A DNA stretch of 43,142 nucleotides from Escherichia phage vB_EcoP-683R2, in sequence record ON470594.1. One strand, 5' to 3'. The notes beneath the pieces are model-generated. The model made no database searches. It was not told the DNA's origin and saw nothing but the letters and a program-made list of their open reading frames with translations. A program made the position numbers and the translations under genes. Below, one piece after another: positions 16,139 through 25,633 of the stretch (positions are counted from its first letter, which is position 1; the number at the start of each line of letters is the position of its first letter).

Positions 16139-17564
16139 TTTTTATGCGCCGCCTCATAGCATCGAGGCAGAGCAGGCGGTGATTGGTGGATTGCTTCTGG
16201 ATGATGACAGCAGTGAGCGCGTCCAGAAAGTTCTGGCGATGCTGAAGCCCGATTCATTTTACAGCCGACCACACAAAATCCTTTTCGAAGAAATAACCAG
16301 AATGCACCGGGAGCAAAAGCCAGTAGATGGCCTGACGCTTTTCGATGAACTGGAGCGTAAATCGTTAACGGTGTCTGTTGGCGGTTTTGCTTATATCGCT
16401 GAGATCGCAAAGAACACGCCAAGCGCGGCAAACATCGTTTCCTATGCAATGCAGGTTCGTGAAACCGCAATGGAACGCTACGCCATCAACCGCATGACTG
16501 AAGCGACGGAATTGCTCTATTCCCGCAACGGAATGACTGCAACGCAGAAGTACGAAGCTATTCAGTCGATTTTCACGCAACTGACAGACCATGCAAAAAC
16601 CGGATCGCGTCGCGGCCTTCGTTCATTTGGTGAGGTCATGGAAGACTGGGTTAGCGACCTTGAGAAGCGATTTGACCCGTCAGGAGAACAACGAGGAATG
16701 AGCACAGGGATCCCATCGCTGGACAGGATGCTGTCACCGAAAGGTCTGGTGAAAGGCTCTCTGTTTGTCATTGGCGCTCGCCCTAAGATGGGGAAAACGA
16801 CGCTATACAGCCAGATGGCAATCAACTGCGCAGTGCATGAGAAAAAGCCCGCTCTGATGTTCAGCCTTGAAATGCCAGGTGATCAGATACTGGAAAAACT
16901 GGTAGGGCAGAAGTCTGGTGTTAACCCGAATATTTTTTACCTTCCGGCGACAAATGACGCTGATGACGGCTATCAGGGTGATTACGATGGTGACTTCAAC
17001 AGGGCGATCGAAACAGCCAATCGCTTGAGTGAAATCGACCTGCTTTACATCGACGACACGCCGGGATTATCTCTGGCTCAAATCGTCAGCGAAAGCCGTC
17101 GAATCAAGCGAGAAAAAGGATGTGTTGGCATGATTCTGGTCGATTACCTGACACTAATGACCGCTGAAAAGGCCGATCGCAACGACCTTGCCTACGGCAT
17201 GATCACCAAAGGACTGAAGAACCTTGCCAAAGAGCTTGATTGCGTTGTTGTGCTTCTGACGCAGCTTAACCGCGCACTGGAAAGCAGAACCAATAAACGC
17301 CCATTACCAAGTGACTCACGAGATACAGGGCAGATTGAACAGGATTGCGATTATTGGGTTGGGATCCATCGTGAAGTCGCTTTTGATGACAGTGTTCCAC
17401 CTGGTGAAACTGAACTAATCCTTCGTCTCAATCGTCATGGCAATACCGGCACGGTGTATTGCATTCAGGCAAATGGCGCTATTTATGACACAGACCAACA
17501 GTCTGCTGAAATGCGCCGCCGTGAACGCGAGGAACCGCAATCCAAGAAGAAAGGAGGATTCTGA
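16128..17564 (+). CDS. Replicative DNA helicase, DnaB family (P22 gene 12-like)
   Basis: Start at the ATG giving MTDNFYAPPHSIEAEQAVIGGLL… (DnaB N-terminal signature) rather than the listed GTG at 16113; Walker A GARPKMGKT; 478 aa. Confidence 0.9.
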   Translation: MTDNFYAPPHSIEAEQAVIGGLLLDDDSSERVQKVLAMLKPDSFYSRPHKILFEEITRMHREQKPVDGLTLFDELERKSLTVSVGGFAYIAEIAKNTPSAANIVSYAMQVRETAMERYAINRMTEATELLYSRNGMTATQKYEAIQSIFTQLTDHAKTGSRRGLRSFGEVMEDWVSDLEKRFDPSGEQRGMSTGIPSLDRMLSPKGLVKGSLFVIGARPKMGKTTLYSQMAINCAVHEKKPALMFSLEMPGDQILEKLVGQKSGVNPNIFYLPATNDADDGYQGDYDGDFNRAIETANRLSEIDLLYIDDTPGLSLAQIVSESRRIKREKGCVGMILVDYLTLMTAEKADRNDLAYGMITKGLKNLAKELDCVVVLLTQLNRALESRTNKRPLPSDSRDTGQIEQDCDYWVGIHREVAFDDSVPPGETELILRLNRHGNTGTVYCIQANGAIYDTDQQSAEMRRREREEPQSKKKGGF

Positions 17565-17639
17565 TGACCATCTACATCACTGAGCTTGTAACAGGCCTGC
17601 TGGTAATCGCAGGCCTTTTTATTTGGGGGAGAGTAAATC

Positions 17640-17846
17640 GTGGCTGAGTTTATGCTCGTCGCATTCAAATGCGTTGGCGTTGGATGGATTCTTCTGACGT
17701 TTTTTATTGTTCTGCATAGCTACATTCGTCTTGTGAATGACGGTAAAGACCCATGGTATACGTTGTTTGGCGCTGCATTTGTCTGGGTGATTATCGGTGT
17801 TATGCCTGTCGCTGTAGCAAAAATGGCGTGGCGTTTTGTGAGTTAA
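17640..17846 (+). CDS. Small membrane protein (two predicted TM helices)
   Basis: GTG start; 68 aa, strongly hydrophobic (…VGVGWILLTFFIVL… and …AAFVWVIIGVMPVAVA…). An unlisted 26-aa hydrophobic ORF at 17564-17644 (AAGGAGG RBS) may precede it. Confidence 0.45.
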   Translation: MAEFMLVAFKCVGVGWILLTFFIVLHSYIRLVNDGKDPWYTLFGAAFVWVIIGVMPVAVAKMAWRFVS

Positions 17847-17858
17847 TCGGAGGTTAAT

Positions 17859-18293
17859 GTGAGCAAGTGCCAAAAGTGCAATAACACAGGAATGTGTGAT
17901 AGCGGAGGTTCTACTCCTTGGGGAGAGCCGATTTTTATTGAATGTGACTGCCTTATGAAAGATGACGAAAGCAGATGCCAGTTTGAAGAGAGTTGGTTGC
18001 GACGTGGGGGCGAATCTTCAGACCTTATCCGTTACCCTGAAAATCACCATGAAATTGGCAGTGGTGATATTAGTGGTCAATACGTGATGGACGATGTTCA
18101 AGGCCACTGGCAAACGTGGCAGGCATCGCGAGCAGCTATTGAACTGGATATCGACTGGCCCGAATCGAATGACGACTTTTGGAAAGATGGTGAAGAAGGT
18201 GCTTATGCGATGGGGCATGAGGATGGGAAGGACAAAACGGTAATTGCAGTGATGAAAGCCATCCGCGCTGCTGGAGTCAAAGTGAAGGAGTAA
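17859..18293 (+). CDS. Hypothetical nin-region protein with an N-terminal Cys cluster (zinc-ribbon-like) and an acidic C-terminus
   Basis: GTG start with CGGAGG RBS; CQKCNNTGMCDSGG…ECDC motif; 144 aa. Confidence 0.5.
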   Translation: MSKCQKCNNTGMCDSGGSTPWGEPIFIECDCLMKDDESRCQFEESWLRRGGESSDLIRYPENHHEIGSGDISGQYVMDDVQGHWQTWQASRAAIELDIDWPESNDDFWKDGEEGAYAMGHEDGKDKTVIAVMKAIRAAGVKVKE

Positions 18294-18295
18294 CG

Positions 18296-18706
18296 ATGAA
18301 GCAAACAATCTTCCTCCGAAGTAAGCAACAACAGCAAGCCGCAATCAACGCCATCCTCGAAACACCACTCGATAAAGACAAGCCAGTCACCATCCGCATT
18401 ACTGACTACAAGCGCAACCTTGACCAGAACGCAAAATTTCACGCGATGCTGGCGGATATCGCTCGTCAGGTTCAATGGTGCGGCAAATGGTTAAAACCGG
18501 AACAATGGAAGGTTTTGTTGATTAGCGGTCATGCAGTGGCAACAAAACAGGAAGCTGATGTTTTGCCAGGCCTTGAAGGCGAATACGTCAACATTCGCGA
18601 AAGCAGCGCGCAGATGAGCGTGAAGCGTATGGCAAGTCTGATTGAGTACACGACAGCATGGGCTATTGGTCAGGGTGTCAGATTTACCGACAGGAGGTAC
18701 GAATGA
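18296..18706 (+). CDS. ninB: NinB (recombination mediator)
   Basis: 136 aa; N-terminus and length match the lambda/P22 NinB family as recalled. Confidence 0.8.
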   Translation: MKQTIFLRSKQQQQAAINAILETPLDKDKPVTIRITDYKRNLDQNAKFHAMLADIARQVQWCGKWLKPEQWKVLLISGHAVATKQEADVLPGLEGEYVNIRESSAQMSVKRMASLIEYTTAWAIGQGVRFTDRRYE

Positions 18707-18879
18707 GACGACAGCGACGAAGTATCACCGACATAATCTGCGAAAACTGCAAATACCTTCCAACGAAGCGCTCCAGAAATAAACGCAAGCCAATCCCAAA
18801 AGAATCTGACGTAAAAACCTTCAACTACACGGCTCACCTGTGGGATATCCGGTGGCTAAGACATCGTGCGAGGAAATGA
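18703..18879 (+). CDS. ninE: NinE
   Basis: Start at the internal ATG (ATGA overlap with the ninB stop); [23 protein letters not shown]…[14 protein letters not shown] is near-identical to lambda NinE as recalled. Confidence 0.8.
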   Translation: MRRQRRSITDIICENCKYLPTKRSRNKRKPIPKESDVKTFNYTAHLWDIRWLRHRARK

Positions 18880-18881
18880 CA

Positions 18882-19235
18882 ATGGATTATTCACAGTTAA
18901 GTGATTTTGAAATTAACAAGCGAGTGGCAATTTGCTGTGGATTTGCTCCCGAAGATTGCGAAATCGCAAAGTTGGGAACATCAATCGTTGGTGTTGAGTG
19001 GGATGACGAAACTGGTTATGCAATAAAAACGGTTGATTACTGTAAAAGCCCATCAGACGCAGAGCCGATTATCGTAGAGAACAGAATTGGCATTATTCCA
19101 GCGCCAGAAAATGGATTATGGAAGGCAGCGCATAGAAAAGTTGGCAGTGATAGTACCCCATATCATATGACTCAAGATGAAAACCCACTCCGCGCCGCCA
19201 TGATTGTCTTTCTCATGATGCAGAGAATCCAATAA
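18882..19235 (+). CDS. NinX-like / DUF2591-like nin-region protein
   Basis: Start at the ATG 7 nt after GAGGA (listed ORF begins at an upstream GTG, 18840); 117 aa; family assignment tentative. Confidence 0.5.
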   Translation: MDYSQLSDFEINKRVAICCGFAPEDCEIAKLGTSIVGVEWDDETGYAIKTVDYCKSPSDAEPIIVENRIGIIPAPENGLWKAAHRKVGSDSTPYHMTQDENPLRAAMIVFLMMQRIQ

Positions 19236-19411
19236 TGCTTAGCCCATCCCAATCCATTCAATACCAGAAAGAAAGCGTCGAGCGGGCTTTAACGTGCGCT
19301 AACTGCGGTCAGAAGCTGCATGTGCTGGAAGTTCACGTGTGTGAGCACTGCTGCGCAGAACTGATGAGCGATCCGAATAGCTCAATGTACGAGGAAGAAG
19401 ACGATGAGTGA
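19235..19411 (+). CDS. ninF: NinF
   Basis: Unlisted 58-aa ORF: MLSPSQSIQYQKESVERALTCANCGQKLHVLEVHVCEHCCAELMSDPNSSMYEEEDDE, near-identical to lambda NinF as recalled; TAATG overlap with the upstream stop. Confidence 0.8.
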   Translation: MLSPSQSIQYQKESVERALTCANCGQKLHVLEVHVCEHCCAELMSDPNSSMYEEEDDE

Positions 19412-19616
19412 TTACCTGAAATGGTATCTCTGCCACCGCTGGTTAATTAAGTTTGCTGTAAAAGACTGGATGACAGCGGATGCCAACAAGCTTAAGCAAC
19501 GAAAGGACTATTACTACGCCAGAATGAAGGAAAACTACTGCTCAATTCGCACTCGCATATTTATTAAAAAAGACCTTCAGTCAATTCTTCAATTGCGAGG
19601 GAAGGTAAATGGCTAA
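19404..19616 (+). CDS. Hypothetical nin-region protein (70 aa)
   Basis: ATG start; basic/aromatic-rich; no recognised motif. Confidence 0.45.
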   Translation: MSDYLKWYLCHRWLIKFAVKDWMTADANKLKQRKDYYYARMKENYCSIRTRIFIKKDLQSILQLRGKVNG

Positions 19617-19899
19617 CCTACGCAAAGAAGCATGCGGCAGAGAATGCCAGGTACGTATTTACGGCGTATGCAATGGTAATCCTGAAACCACAGTTCTGGC
19701 ACATTACCGGATGGCTGGAATTTGCGGAACTGGAATGAAGCCTGACGACCTGATCGGCGCATGGGCTTGTAGCGCGTGTCACGATGAAATCGACCGACGC
19801 ACCCATAATCTCGACAACAAAGACGCCAGGCTTTACCACCTCGAAGGCGTGATCAGGACGCAGTCGATACTGCTGAAGGAGGGGAAGATTAAGTCATGA
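19609..19899 (+). CDS. Cys-rich nin-region protein (DUF1364-like, tentative)
   Basis: 96 aa, ATG with GAGGGAAGG RBS; cysteines arranged as a putative zinc-binding site (C…C…C…CSAC). Confidence 0.5.
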   Translation: MANLRKEACGRECQVRIYGVCNGNPETTVLAHYRMAGICGTGMKPDDLIGAWACSACHDEIDRRTHNLDNKDARLYHLEGVIRTQSILLKEGKIKS

Positions 19900-20258
19900 G
19901 CGAATATCAGTTTGTGCTTCCATACCCGCCGTCGGTGAACACCTACTGGCGAAGACGGGGAAGCCAATACTACATCAGCGATAAAGGCCAGAAATACCGA
20001 AAAGACGTTCAGCAAATCATCCGCCAACTTAAGTTAGACATTTTCACCAAATCACGACTCCGCATCAAAGTCATCGCAGACGTTCCAGACTCCCGCCGCC
20101 GCGACCTCGACAACATCCTGAAAGGTTTACTCGACTCCCTTATCCACGCCGGATTTGCGGAAGACGACGAGCAATTCGATGACATTCGCGTAATTCGTGG
20201 TGTGAAAGTACCAGGCGGACGGCTTGGAATAAAAATCACCGAACTGGAGAACGTATGA
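19896..20258 (+). CDS. rusA: RusA-family Holliday-junction resolvase
   Basis: 120 aa; motifs LPYPPSVNTYWRRRG and PDSRRRDLDNILKGLLDSL match RusA. Confidence 0.85.
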   Translation: MSEYQFVLPYPPSVNTYWRRRGSQYYISDKGQKYRKDVQQIIRQLKLDIFTKSRLRIKVIADVPDSRRRDLDNILKGLLDSLIHAGFAEDDEQFDDIRVIRGVKVPGGRLGIKITELENV

Positions 20259-20443
20259 ACGCCACAATTCAAACGATACCAGAGCTTCTTATCCAGACAC
20301 GAGGCAATCAGACCGAAGTGGCAAGGATGCTTTCCTGCGCAAGAGGAACAGTGCTCAAGTACAACCGAGACAGTAAAGGCGAGCGTCACGTAATAGTTAA
20401 CGGCGTCCTGATGGTCAAACAAGGCAAGAGGGGAAGACGATGA
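20255..20443 (+). CDS. ninH: NinH
   Basis: 62 aa; IPELLIQTRGNQTEVARMLSCARGTVLKY… resembles lambda NinH (…GNQTEVARRLKCSRGTVRKY…). Confidence 0.8.
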   Translation: MNATIQTIPELLIQTRGNQTEVARMLSCARGTVLKYNRDSKGERHVIVNGVLMVKQGKRGRR

Positions 20444-20958
20444 GCATAAGAGAACTAAACCTCACCAAAGAGCAGCACGAGTGGCTGAATGGCTGGCTTG
20501 AACTGTGGGGCGCATGGGTTTATTCAGGTCGTCTGGAAAAGCGCATGAGCAGCGTAATAGCGAAGTTCATGGAGAGCGTAGAGCCGGGAAGAGTTATGAC
20601 AAGGCCAATGTGTAATGATGATGATGGAATGTTGATTTCTCAGGTCGTCGATTCCGTCATGTGCATTGACAAGAAAGCATTTGGCATCCTCCTCAGCTAC
20701 TACGCTCATGGTTCATCTAAGCGAGCAATTGCATCCTACTATCACGCGACTGCAAAGCCACGCAAGATGTGTGGACGTGGTGGTGAGGGATGGAGAAAAC
20801 CTTCACTGGCAACCTGTAGAAACGAAATTGACGACATCCTGAAAGCGTCGTTATTTGTTTTGTACCAGCCAATGCAAAATGCTTTCAAAATGCGTAAACG
20901 TGTTGAGAAAGTTAAGCATGTTGCTGTTAAAAGCCTTGACATGCAATTATCCATTTAG
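20440..20958 (+). CDS. Q: Late-gene antiterminator Q (phage-82-type Q family, not lambda-type)
   Basis: 172 aa; …LELWGAWVYSGR…PMCNDDDGMLISQVVDSVMCIDKKAFGILLSYY… resembles the 82/933W-type Q family; sits immediately upstream of the lysis cassette. Confidence 0.7.
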   Translation: MSIRELNLTKEQHEWLNGWLELWGAWVYSGRLEKRMSSVIAKFMESVEPGRVMTRPMCNDDDGMLISQVVDSVMCIDKKAFGILLSYYAHGSSKRAIASYYHATAKPRKMCGRGGEGWRKPSLATCRNEIDDILKASLFVLYQPMQNAFKMRKRVEKVKHVAVKSLDMQLSI

Positions 20959-21149
20959 CCATAATTAGAAGATAAGCTGCCGTTAGTGACTCTTAAGTTG
21001 CAATGGTGGCTTTTTTTGTTTGCACAACAGGTAAGAGCATTGAACCCGCAGACCTCGCGGAATTGGTGAAAGGTGCCGCGCAGTGCTCTTATCGTTGTGG
21101 TGAAGCTCAATGGCGAGCTAGCAGATAGGCGACAGTGAAAATACTAGTC

Positions 21150-21221
21150 ATGTAGCTGACCGCCGCGCGTACTGCAATCGGCAGCGCACCGATGGAAGCC
21201 GGTTCGATTCCGGCCGCCACA
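21150..21221 (+). other. tRNA-like remnant (intact T-arm GCCGG-TTCGATT-CCGGC and a 5-bp stem/7-nt loop, but defective acceptor and D arms)
   Basis: T-arm at 21198-21214 and hairpin ATCGG-CAGCGCA-CCGAT at 21177-21193; anticodon-loop positions 33 and 37 are non-canonical and the acceptor stem pairs at only 5 of 7 positions. Stx-type lambdoid phages carry tRNA genes at this position. Confidence 0.25.
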
Positions 21222-21467
21222 ACCCAAACTGAGCCGTAGCCACTGGCTATCCTGAATTCATCAGTGATAGTTATGCTGCGGCCTTCTACGCATGACCTTC
21301 GTGAAAGCGGGTGGCAGGAGGTCGCGCTAACAACCTCCTGCCGTTTTGCCCGTGCATATCGGTCACGAACAAATCTGATTACTAAACACAGTAGCCTGGA
21401 TTTGTTCTATCAGTAACCGACCTTATTCCTAATTAAATAGAGCAAATCCCCTTATTGGGGGTAAGAC

Positions 21468-21791
21468 ATGAAGATGCCAGAAAAACATGACCTGTTAGCC
21501 GCCATTCTCGCGGCAAAGGAACAAGGCATCGGGGCAATCCTTGCGTTTGCAATGGCGTACCTTCGCGGCAGATACAATGGCGGTGCGTTTACAAAAACAG
21601 TAATCGACGCAACGATGTGCGCCATTATCGCCTGGTTCATTCGTGACCTTCTCGACTTCGCCGGACTAAGTAGCAATCTCGCTTATATAACGAGCGTGTT
21701 CATCGGCTACATCGGTACTGACTCGATTGGTTCGCTTATCAAACGCTTCGCTGCTAAAAAAGCCGGAGTAGAAGATGGTGGAAATCAATAA
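21468..21791 (+). CDS. S: Holin S (class I, dual-start motif Met1-Lys2-Met3)
   Basis: 107 aa, near-identical to lambda S as recalled ([43 protein letters not shown]…). Confidence 0.93.
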   Translation: MKMPEKHDLLAAILAAKEQGIGAILAFAMAYLRGRYNGGAFTKTVIDATMCAIIAWFIRDLLDFAGLSSNLAYITSVFIGYIGTDSIGSLIKRFAAKKAGVEDGGNQ

Positions 21792-22251
21792 TCAACGTAA
21801 GGCGTTCCTCGATATGCTGGCGTGGTCAGAGGGAACTGATAACGGACGGCAGAAAACCAGAAATCATGGTTATGACGTCATTGTAGGCGGAGAGCTATTT
21901 ACTGATTACTCCGATCACCCTCGCAAACTTGTCACGCTAAACCCCAAACTCAAATCAACAGCCGCCGGGCGCTACCAGCTTCTTTCCCGTTGGTGGGATG
22001 CCTACCGCAAGCAGCTTGGCCTGAAAGACTTCTCTCCGAAAAGCCAGGACGCTGTGGCACTGCAGCAGATTAAGGAGCGTGGCGCTTTACCGATGATTGA
22101 CCGCGGTGATATTCGTCAGGCAATTGACCGTTGCAGCAATATCTGGGCTTCACTGCCGGGCGCTGGTTATGGTCAGTTCGAGCATAAGGCTGACAGCCTA
22201 ATTGCAAAATTCAAAGAAGCAGGCGGAACGGTCAGAGAGATTGATGTATGA
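21775..22251 (+). CDS. R: Endolysin R (lytic transglycosylase)
   Basis: 158 aa, near-identical to lambda R as recalled ([39 protein letters not shown]…). Confidence 0.93.
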   Translation: MVEINNQRKAFLDMLAWSEGTDNGRQKTRNHGYDVIVGGELFTDYSDHPRKLVTLNPKLKSTAAGRYQLLSRWWDAYRKQLGLKDFSPKSQDAVALQQIKERGALPMIDRGDIRQAIDRCSNIWASLPGAGYGQFEHKADSLIAKFKEAGGTVREIDV

Positions 22252-22715
22252 GCAGAGTCACCGCGATTATCTCCGCTCTGGTTATCTGCATCATCGTCTG
22301 CCTGTCATGGGCGGTTAATCATTACCGTGATAACGCCATGACCTACAAAGAGCAGCGAGATAAAAAAGTCAGTGAGCTGAAGCAGGCGACCGCCACCATT
22401 ACTCACATGCAGCAGCGCCAGCGTTCTGCTGATGCACTCGATGCTAAATACACGAAGGAGTTAGCTGATGCGAAAGCTGAAAATGATGCTCTTCGGCGCA
22501 AGCTTGATAATGGTGGTCGGGTGTTCGTCAAAGGAAAATGCCATATGCCATCCTCAGCCGAAACCTCCAGCGCCTCCGGCATGGGCAATGATGCCACCGT
22601 CGAACTCTCTCCAGTTGCTGGACGAAACGTTCTCGGTGTCCGGGGCGGAATTATCCGCGACCAAACAGCACTGAGAACGCTTCAGGAATACATCAGGACG
22701 CAATGCCTTCGATGA
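22248..22715 (+). CDS. Rz: Spanin inner-membrane subunit Rz
   Basis: 155 aa; N-terminal TM helix and coiled coil; N-terminal half matches lambda Rz. Confidence 0.9.
   Translation: MSRVTAIISALVICIIVCLSWAVNHYRDNAMTYKEQRDKKVSELKQATATITHMQQRQRSADALDAKYTKELADAKAENDALRRKLDNGGRVFVKGKCHMPSSAETSSASGMGNDATVELSPVAGRNVLGVRGGIIRDQTALRTLQEYIRTQCLR
22468..22674 (+). CDS. Rz1: Spanin outer-membrane lipoprotein subunit Rz1 (embedded in Rz, +1 frame)
   Basis: ATG start; lipobox …VVGC and a proline-rich segment [11 protein letters not shown] as in lambda Rz1; entirely inside Rz. Confidence 0.8.
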   Translation: MRKLKMMLFGASLIMVVGCSSKENAICHPQPKPPAPPAWAMMPPSNSLQLLDETFSVSGAELSATKQH

Positions 22716-23094
22716 TAGCGATAATTTTACTCATCATCCTTCACATCTGGCTCTGTAGACAGGGTGGTGATCACTTCTGGAGTGAATCCAGATTAAACAT
22801 CTCATTGCTGATGCTTGATATTGAGCATCTGGCGCGCGGTAAGGGGCTGCGTTGAGATAAGAGCCAGTTCATTACAAAGCCTATCTACGGGTGGGCTTGA
22901 TAATGAAACCGGAATTTGTTCTAGGCAACCAGTTACGGCAGTACCACGAAGCAACCCAAGCCAGTAAGTGGGGGAAATAACACTGGCAGCCACTGAAAGA
23001 TGAACCTCCTGCCTTATGGCAAAAAAGATTCTTTGTGGTGGCGGACTGATGGAAAGACATCTTAATCAAGCAACCACTCTACAGGGTCATAATT

Positions 23095-23433
23095 ATGAAC
23101 GACCAGCAAATCGAAAAAGAAATCGTTGAGAAAGGCAAAACCGCCCAGCGCGTTACGCCAGACCATATCGAAAGCATTATTCTTGCGGAAACGTACTTCA
23201 CTGCTGCTGATGGAGCTATTGCAACTGGCGATGACTATCACGACAGTTTGGCTCTGCTGACATTTTGTGTATTGACTCTACAAAATGGCTTCACCGTCAC
23301 CGGTGAAAGCGCCTGTGCAAGCCCGGAAAACTTTGATGCAGAAATTGGTCGGAAGATTGCCCGGCAAAATGCTGTAAACAAAATCTGGATGCTCGAAGGT
23401 TACTTGCTGAAGCAGAAGCTAAGCGAACAGTAG
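23095..23433 (+). CDS. Hypothetical protein (112 aa) between the lysis and packaging modules
   Basis: ATG start; no recognised motif. Confidence 0.5.
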   Translation: MNDQQIEKEIVEKGKTAQRVTPDHIESIILAETYFTAADGAIATGDDYHDSLALLTFCVLTLQNGFTVTGESACASPENFDAEIGRKIARQNAVNKIWMLEGYLLKQKLSEQ

Positions 23434-23536
23434 TTATTACAAAAGCCATTCCCTACAGAGTGGCTTTGATAATGGCTTATACCCTACACGGGATAACTTA
23501 ACTGATATCCCTTTTAACGGATAAACGGAGCCAACA

Positions 23537-23779
23537 ATGGCAGAGATTATTCCCATGACTGAAGAACAGAAATTCCAGTTAGAGATTTACAAACTGGTCA
23601 TGAACCAGAACGCAGCCGCAGAAGAAGCATTTCAATTCATTGGCACTGACGAGCTGAAGCTTGAGCTATTCAAAATTCACTTCCAGTCAGGCGGCGCTAA
23701 TTCAGATATCACGACCCGCACTATCGAAGCGGTGCGTAAATCGAAGGAAGCGTTAGACCTGTTCACTACCGGAGCATAA
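23537..23779 (+). CDS. Hypothetical protein (80 aa) upstream of terS
   Basis: ATG with ACGGAG RBS. Confidence 0.5.
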   Translation: MAEIIPMTEEQKFQLEIYKLVMNQNAAAEEAFQFIGTDELKLELFKIHFQSGGANSDITTRTIEAVRKSKEALDLFTTGA

Positions 23780-23781
23780 AC

Positions 23782-24222
23782 ATGGCGCGCCCAACGAAGT
23801 ATCAAGAGGCGTATGCCGAACAGGCACGCAAACTGTGCTTGCTGGGCTATACAGACGCCGAACTCGCGGACTTCTTTGAAGTTAGCGAGGCAACAATCAA
23901 CAATTGGAAATTGGAATATCCGGAGTTTTTAGAGTCCATAAAAAAGGGTAAGGCCGTCGCTGATGCAGAAGTTAGTGATCGTCTTTATCAACGCGCTATG
24001 GGCTTCGTGGCTCCAGACATCGATATTCGTGTTATTGAAAACAGAATTGTCGAAACTCCGCTTGAGAAGTATTACCCGCCTGATACAACCGCCGCCATCT
24101 TCTGGCTTAAGAACCGACAGAAGGATAAATGGCGCGATAAGGTTGATCACGAGCTAACAGGCAAAGACGGCGGCGCAATCCAGATTGAAACATCACCGAT
24201 GAGCACTCTATTCGGAAAATGA
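23782..24222 (+). CDS. Terminase small subunit (Sf6 gp1-like)
   Basis: 146 aa; C-terminal …ELTGKDGGAIQIETSPMSTLFGK matches the Sf6-type small terminase C-terminus as recalled; the pac site is expected inside this gene. Confidence 0.85.
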   Translation: MARPTKYQEAYAEQARKLCLLGYTDAELADFFEVSEATINNWKLEYPEFLESIKKGKAVADAEVSDRLYQRAMGFVAPDIDIRVIENRIVETPLEKYYPPDTTAAIFWLKNRQKDKWRDKVDHELTGKDGGAIQIETSPMSTLFGK

Positions 24223-25631
24223 CCTCGATTAATCCTATCTTTGAACCGTTCATTGAGGCGCATCGCTACAAAGTCGCCAAAGGCGGTCGAGGTAGCGGTA
24301 AGTCATGGGCAATTGCGAGGCTGCTTGTTGAAGCGGCGCGTCGGCAGCCTGTGCGTATTCTCTGCGCTCGTGAACTGCAAAACAGTATCAGCGATTCGGT
24401 AATCCGGTTGCTTGAAGATACCATCGAGCGTGAAGGGTATTCGGCTGAGTTTGAAATTCAGCGTTCAATGATTCGTCATTTCGGAACGAATGCTGAATTC
24501 ATGTTCTACGGCATAAAAAACAACCCGACGAAGATTAAATCGCTCGAAGGCATTGATATCTGCTGGGTGGAAGAAGCGGAAGCGGTAACGAAGGAATCAT
24601 GGGATATCCTGATTCCAACCATCCGTAAGCCGTTCTCTGAAATATGGGTGAGCTTTAACCCGAAGAACATCCTCGACGATACCTATCAGCGATTCGTCGT
24701 AAATCCTCCTGATGATATTTGTCTGCTGACGGTGAACTACACCGACAACCCGCACTTTCCTGAAGTTCTCCGTCTGGAGATGGAAGAGTGTAAACGCAGA
24801 AACCCGACACTGTATCGTCACATCTGGCTGGGTGAGCCAGTAAGCGCAAGTGATATGGCAATCATCAAACGTGAATGGCTTGAAGCCGCAACCGATGCGC
24901 ACAAGAAACTCGGATGGAAAGCGAAAGGCGCTGTTGTCTCTGCGCATGACCCGTCAGATACAGGGCCAGATGCTAAAGGTTATGCATCGCGTCACGGTTC
25001 TGTAGTTAAGCGCATTGCCGAAGGTCTGCTGATGGACATCAACGAGGGTGCTGACTGGGCTACTTCGCTGGCGATTGAAGACGGCGCTGACCACTACCTG
25101 TGGGATGGTGATGGTGTTGGTGCTGGGCTACGCAGACAGACAACGGAAGCGTTCTCCGGCAAGAAAATCACCGCCACGATGTTCAAGGGCAGCGAATCGC
25201 CATTCGATGAAGATGCTCCGTATCAGGCCGGAGCATGGGCTGATGAAGTCGTACAGGGCGACAACGTTCGCACTATTGGCGATGTGTTCCGCAATAAGCG
25301 AGCGCAATTCTATTACGCGCTGGCTGACAGGCTGTATCTGACATATCGGGCGGTTGTCCATGGTGAGTATGCAGACCCCGACGACATGCTGAGTTTCGAC
25401 AAAGAAGCGATAGGCGAGAAGATGCTGGAGAAGCTGTTTGCAGAACTTACGCAGATTCAGCGCAAATTCAATAACAACGGGAAGCTGGAGCTTATGACTA
25501 AGGTCGAAATGAAGCAGAAGCTCGGTATCCCATCTCCTAACCTGGCTGATGCGCTGATGATGTGTATGCATTGCCCGGCATTGGTCCGCGAAGAAACAGA
25601 AATATACGTTCCCTCATCCTCCGGTTGGTAA
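24219..25631 (+). CDS. Terminase large subunit (ATPase/nuclease)
   Basis: 470 aa, ATGA overlap with terS; Walker A KGGRGSGKSW; same length as Sf6 gp2. Confidence 0.92.
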   Translation: MTSINPIFEPFIEAHRYKVAKGGRGSGKSWAIARLLVEAARRQPVRILCARELQNSISDSVIRLLEDTIEREGYSAEFEIQRSMIRHFGTNAEFMFYGIKNNPTKIKSLEGIDICWVEEAEAVTKESWDILIPTIRKPFSEIWVSFNPKNILDDTYQRFVVNPPDDICLLTVNYTDNPHFPEVLRLEMEECKRRNPTLYRHIWLGEPVSASDMAIIKREWLEAATDAHKKLGWKAKGAVVSAHDPSDTGPDAKGYASRHGSVVKRIAEGLLMDINEGADWATSLAIEDGADHYLWDGDGVGAGLRRQTTEAFSGKKITATMFKGSESPFDEDAPYQAGAWADEVVQGDNVRTIGDVFRNKRAQFYYALADRLYLTYRAVVHGEYADPDDMLSFDKEAIGEKMLEKLFAELTQIQRKFNNNGKLELMTKVEMKQKLGIPSPNLADALMMCMHCPALVREETEIYVPSSSGW

Positions 25632-25633
25632 AC

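Noticed and set aside
21150-21221. Possible intact tRNA gene between Q and the holin
   Set aside because: Only the T-arm is canonical; the acceptor stem pairs at 5 of 7 positions, the D-arm cannot be formed and the anticodon loop lacks U33 and purine-37. Kept only as a tRNA-like remnant.
22802-23069. Minus-strand ORFs (63 and 62 aa) in the gap after Rz, at the position of lambda bor
   Set aside because: No lipoprotein signal peptide, no RBS noticed, and they overlap each other; probably non-coding.
25562-25633. Listed GTG start extending the portal ORF 72 nt upstream
   Set aside because: It would overlap the end of terL by 70 nt; the ATG at 25634 directly after the terL stop gives the expected portal N-terminus and length.
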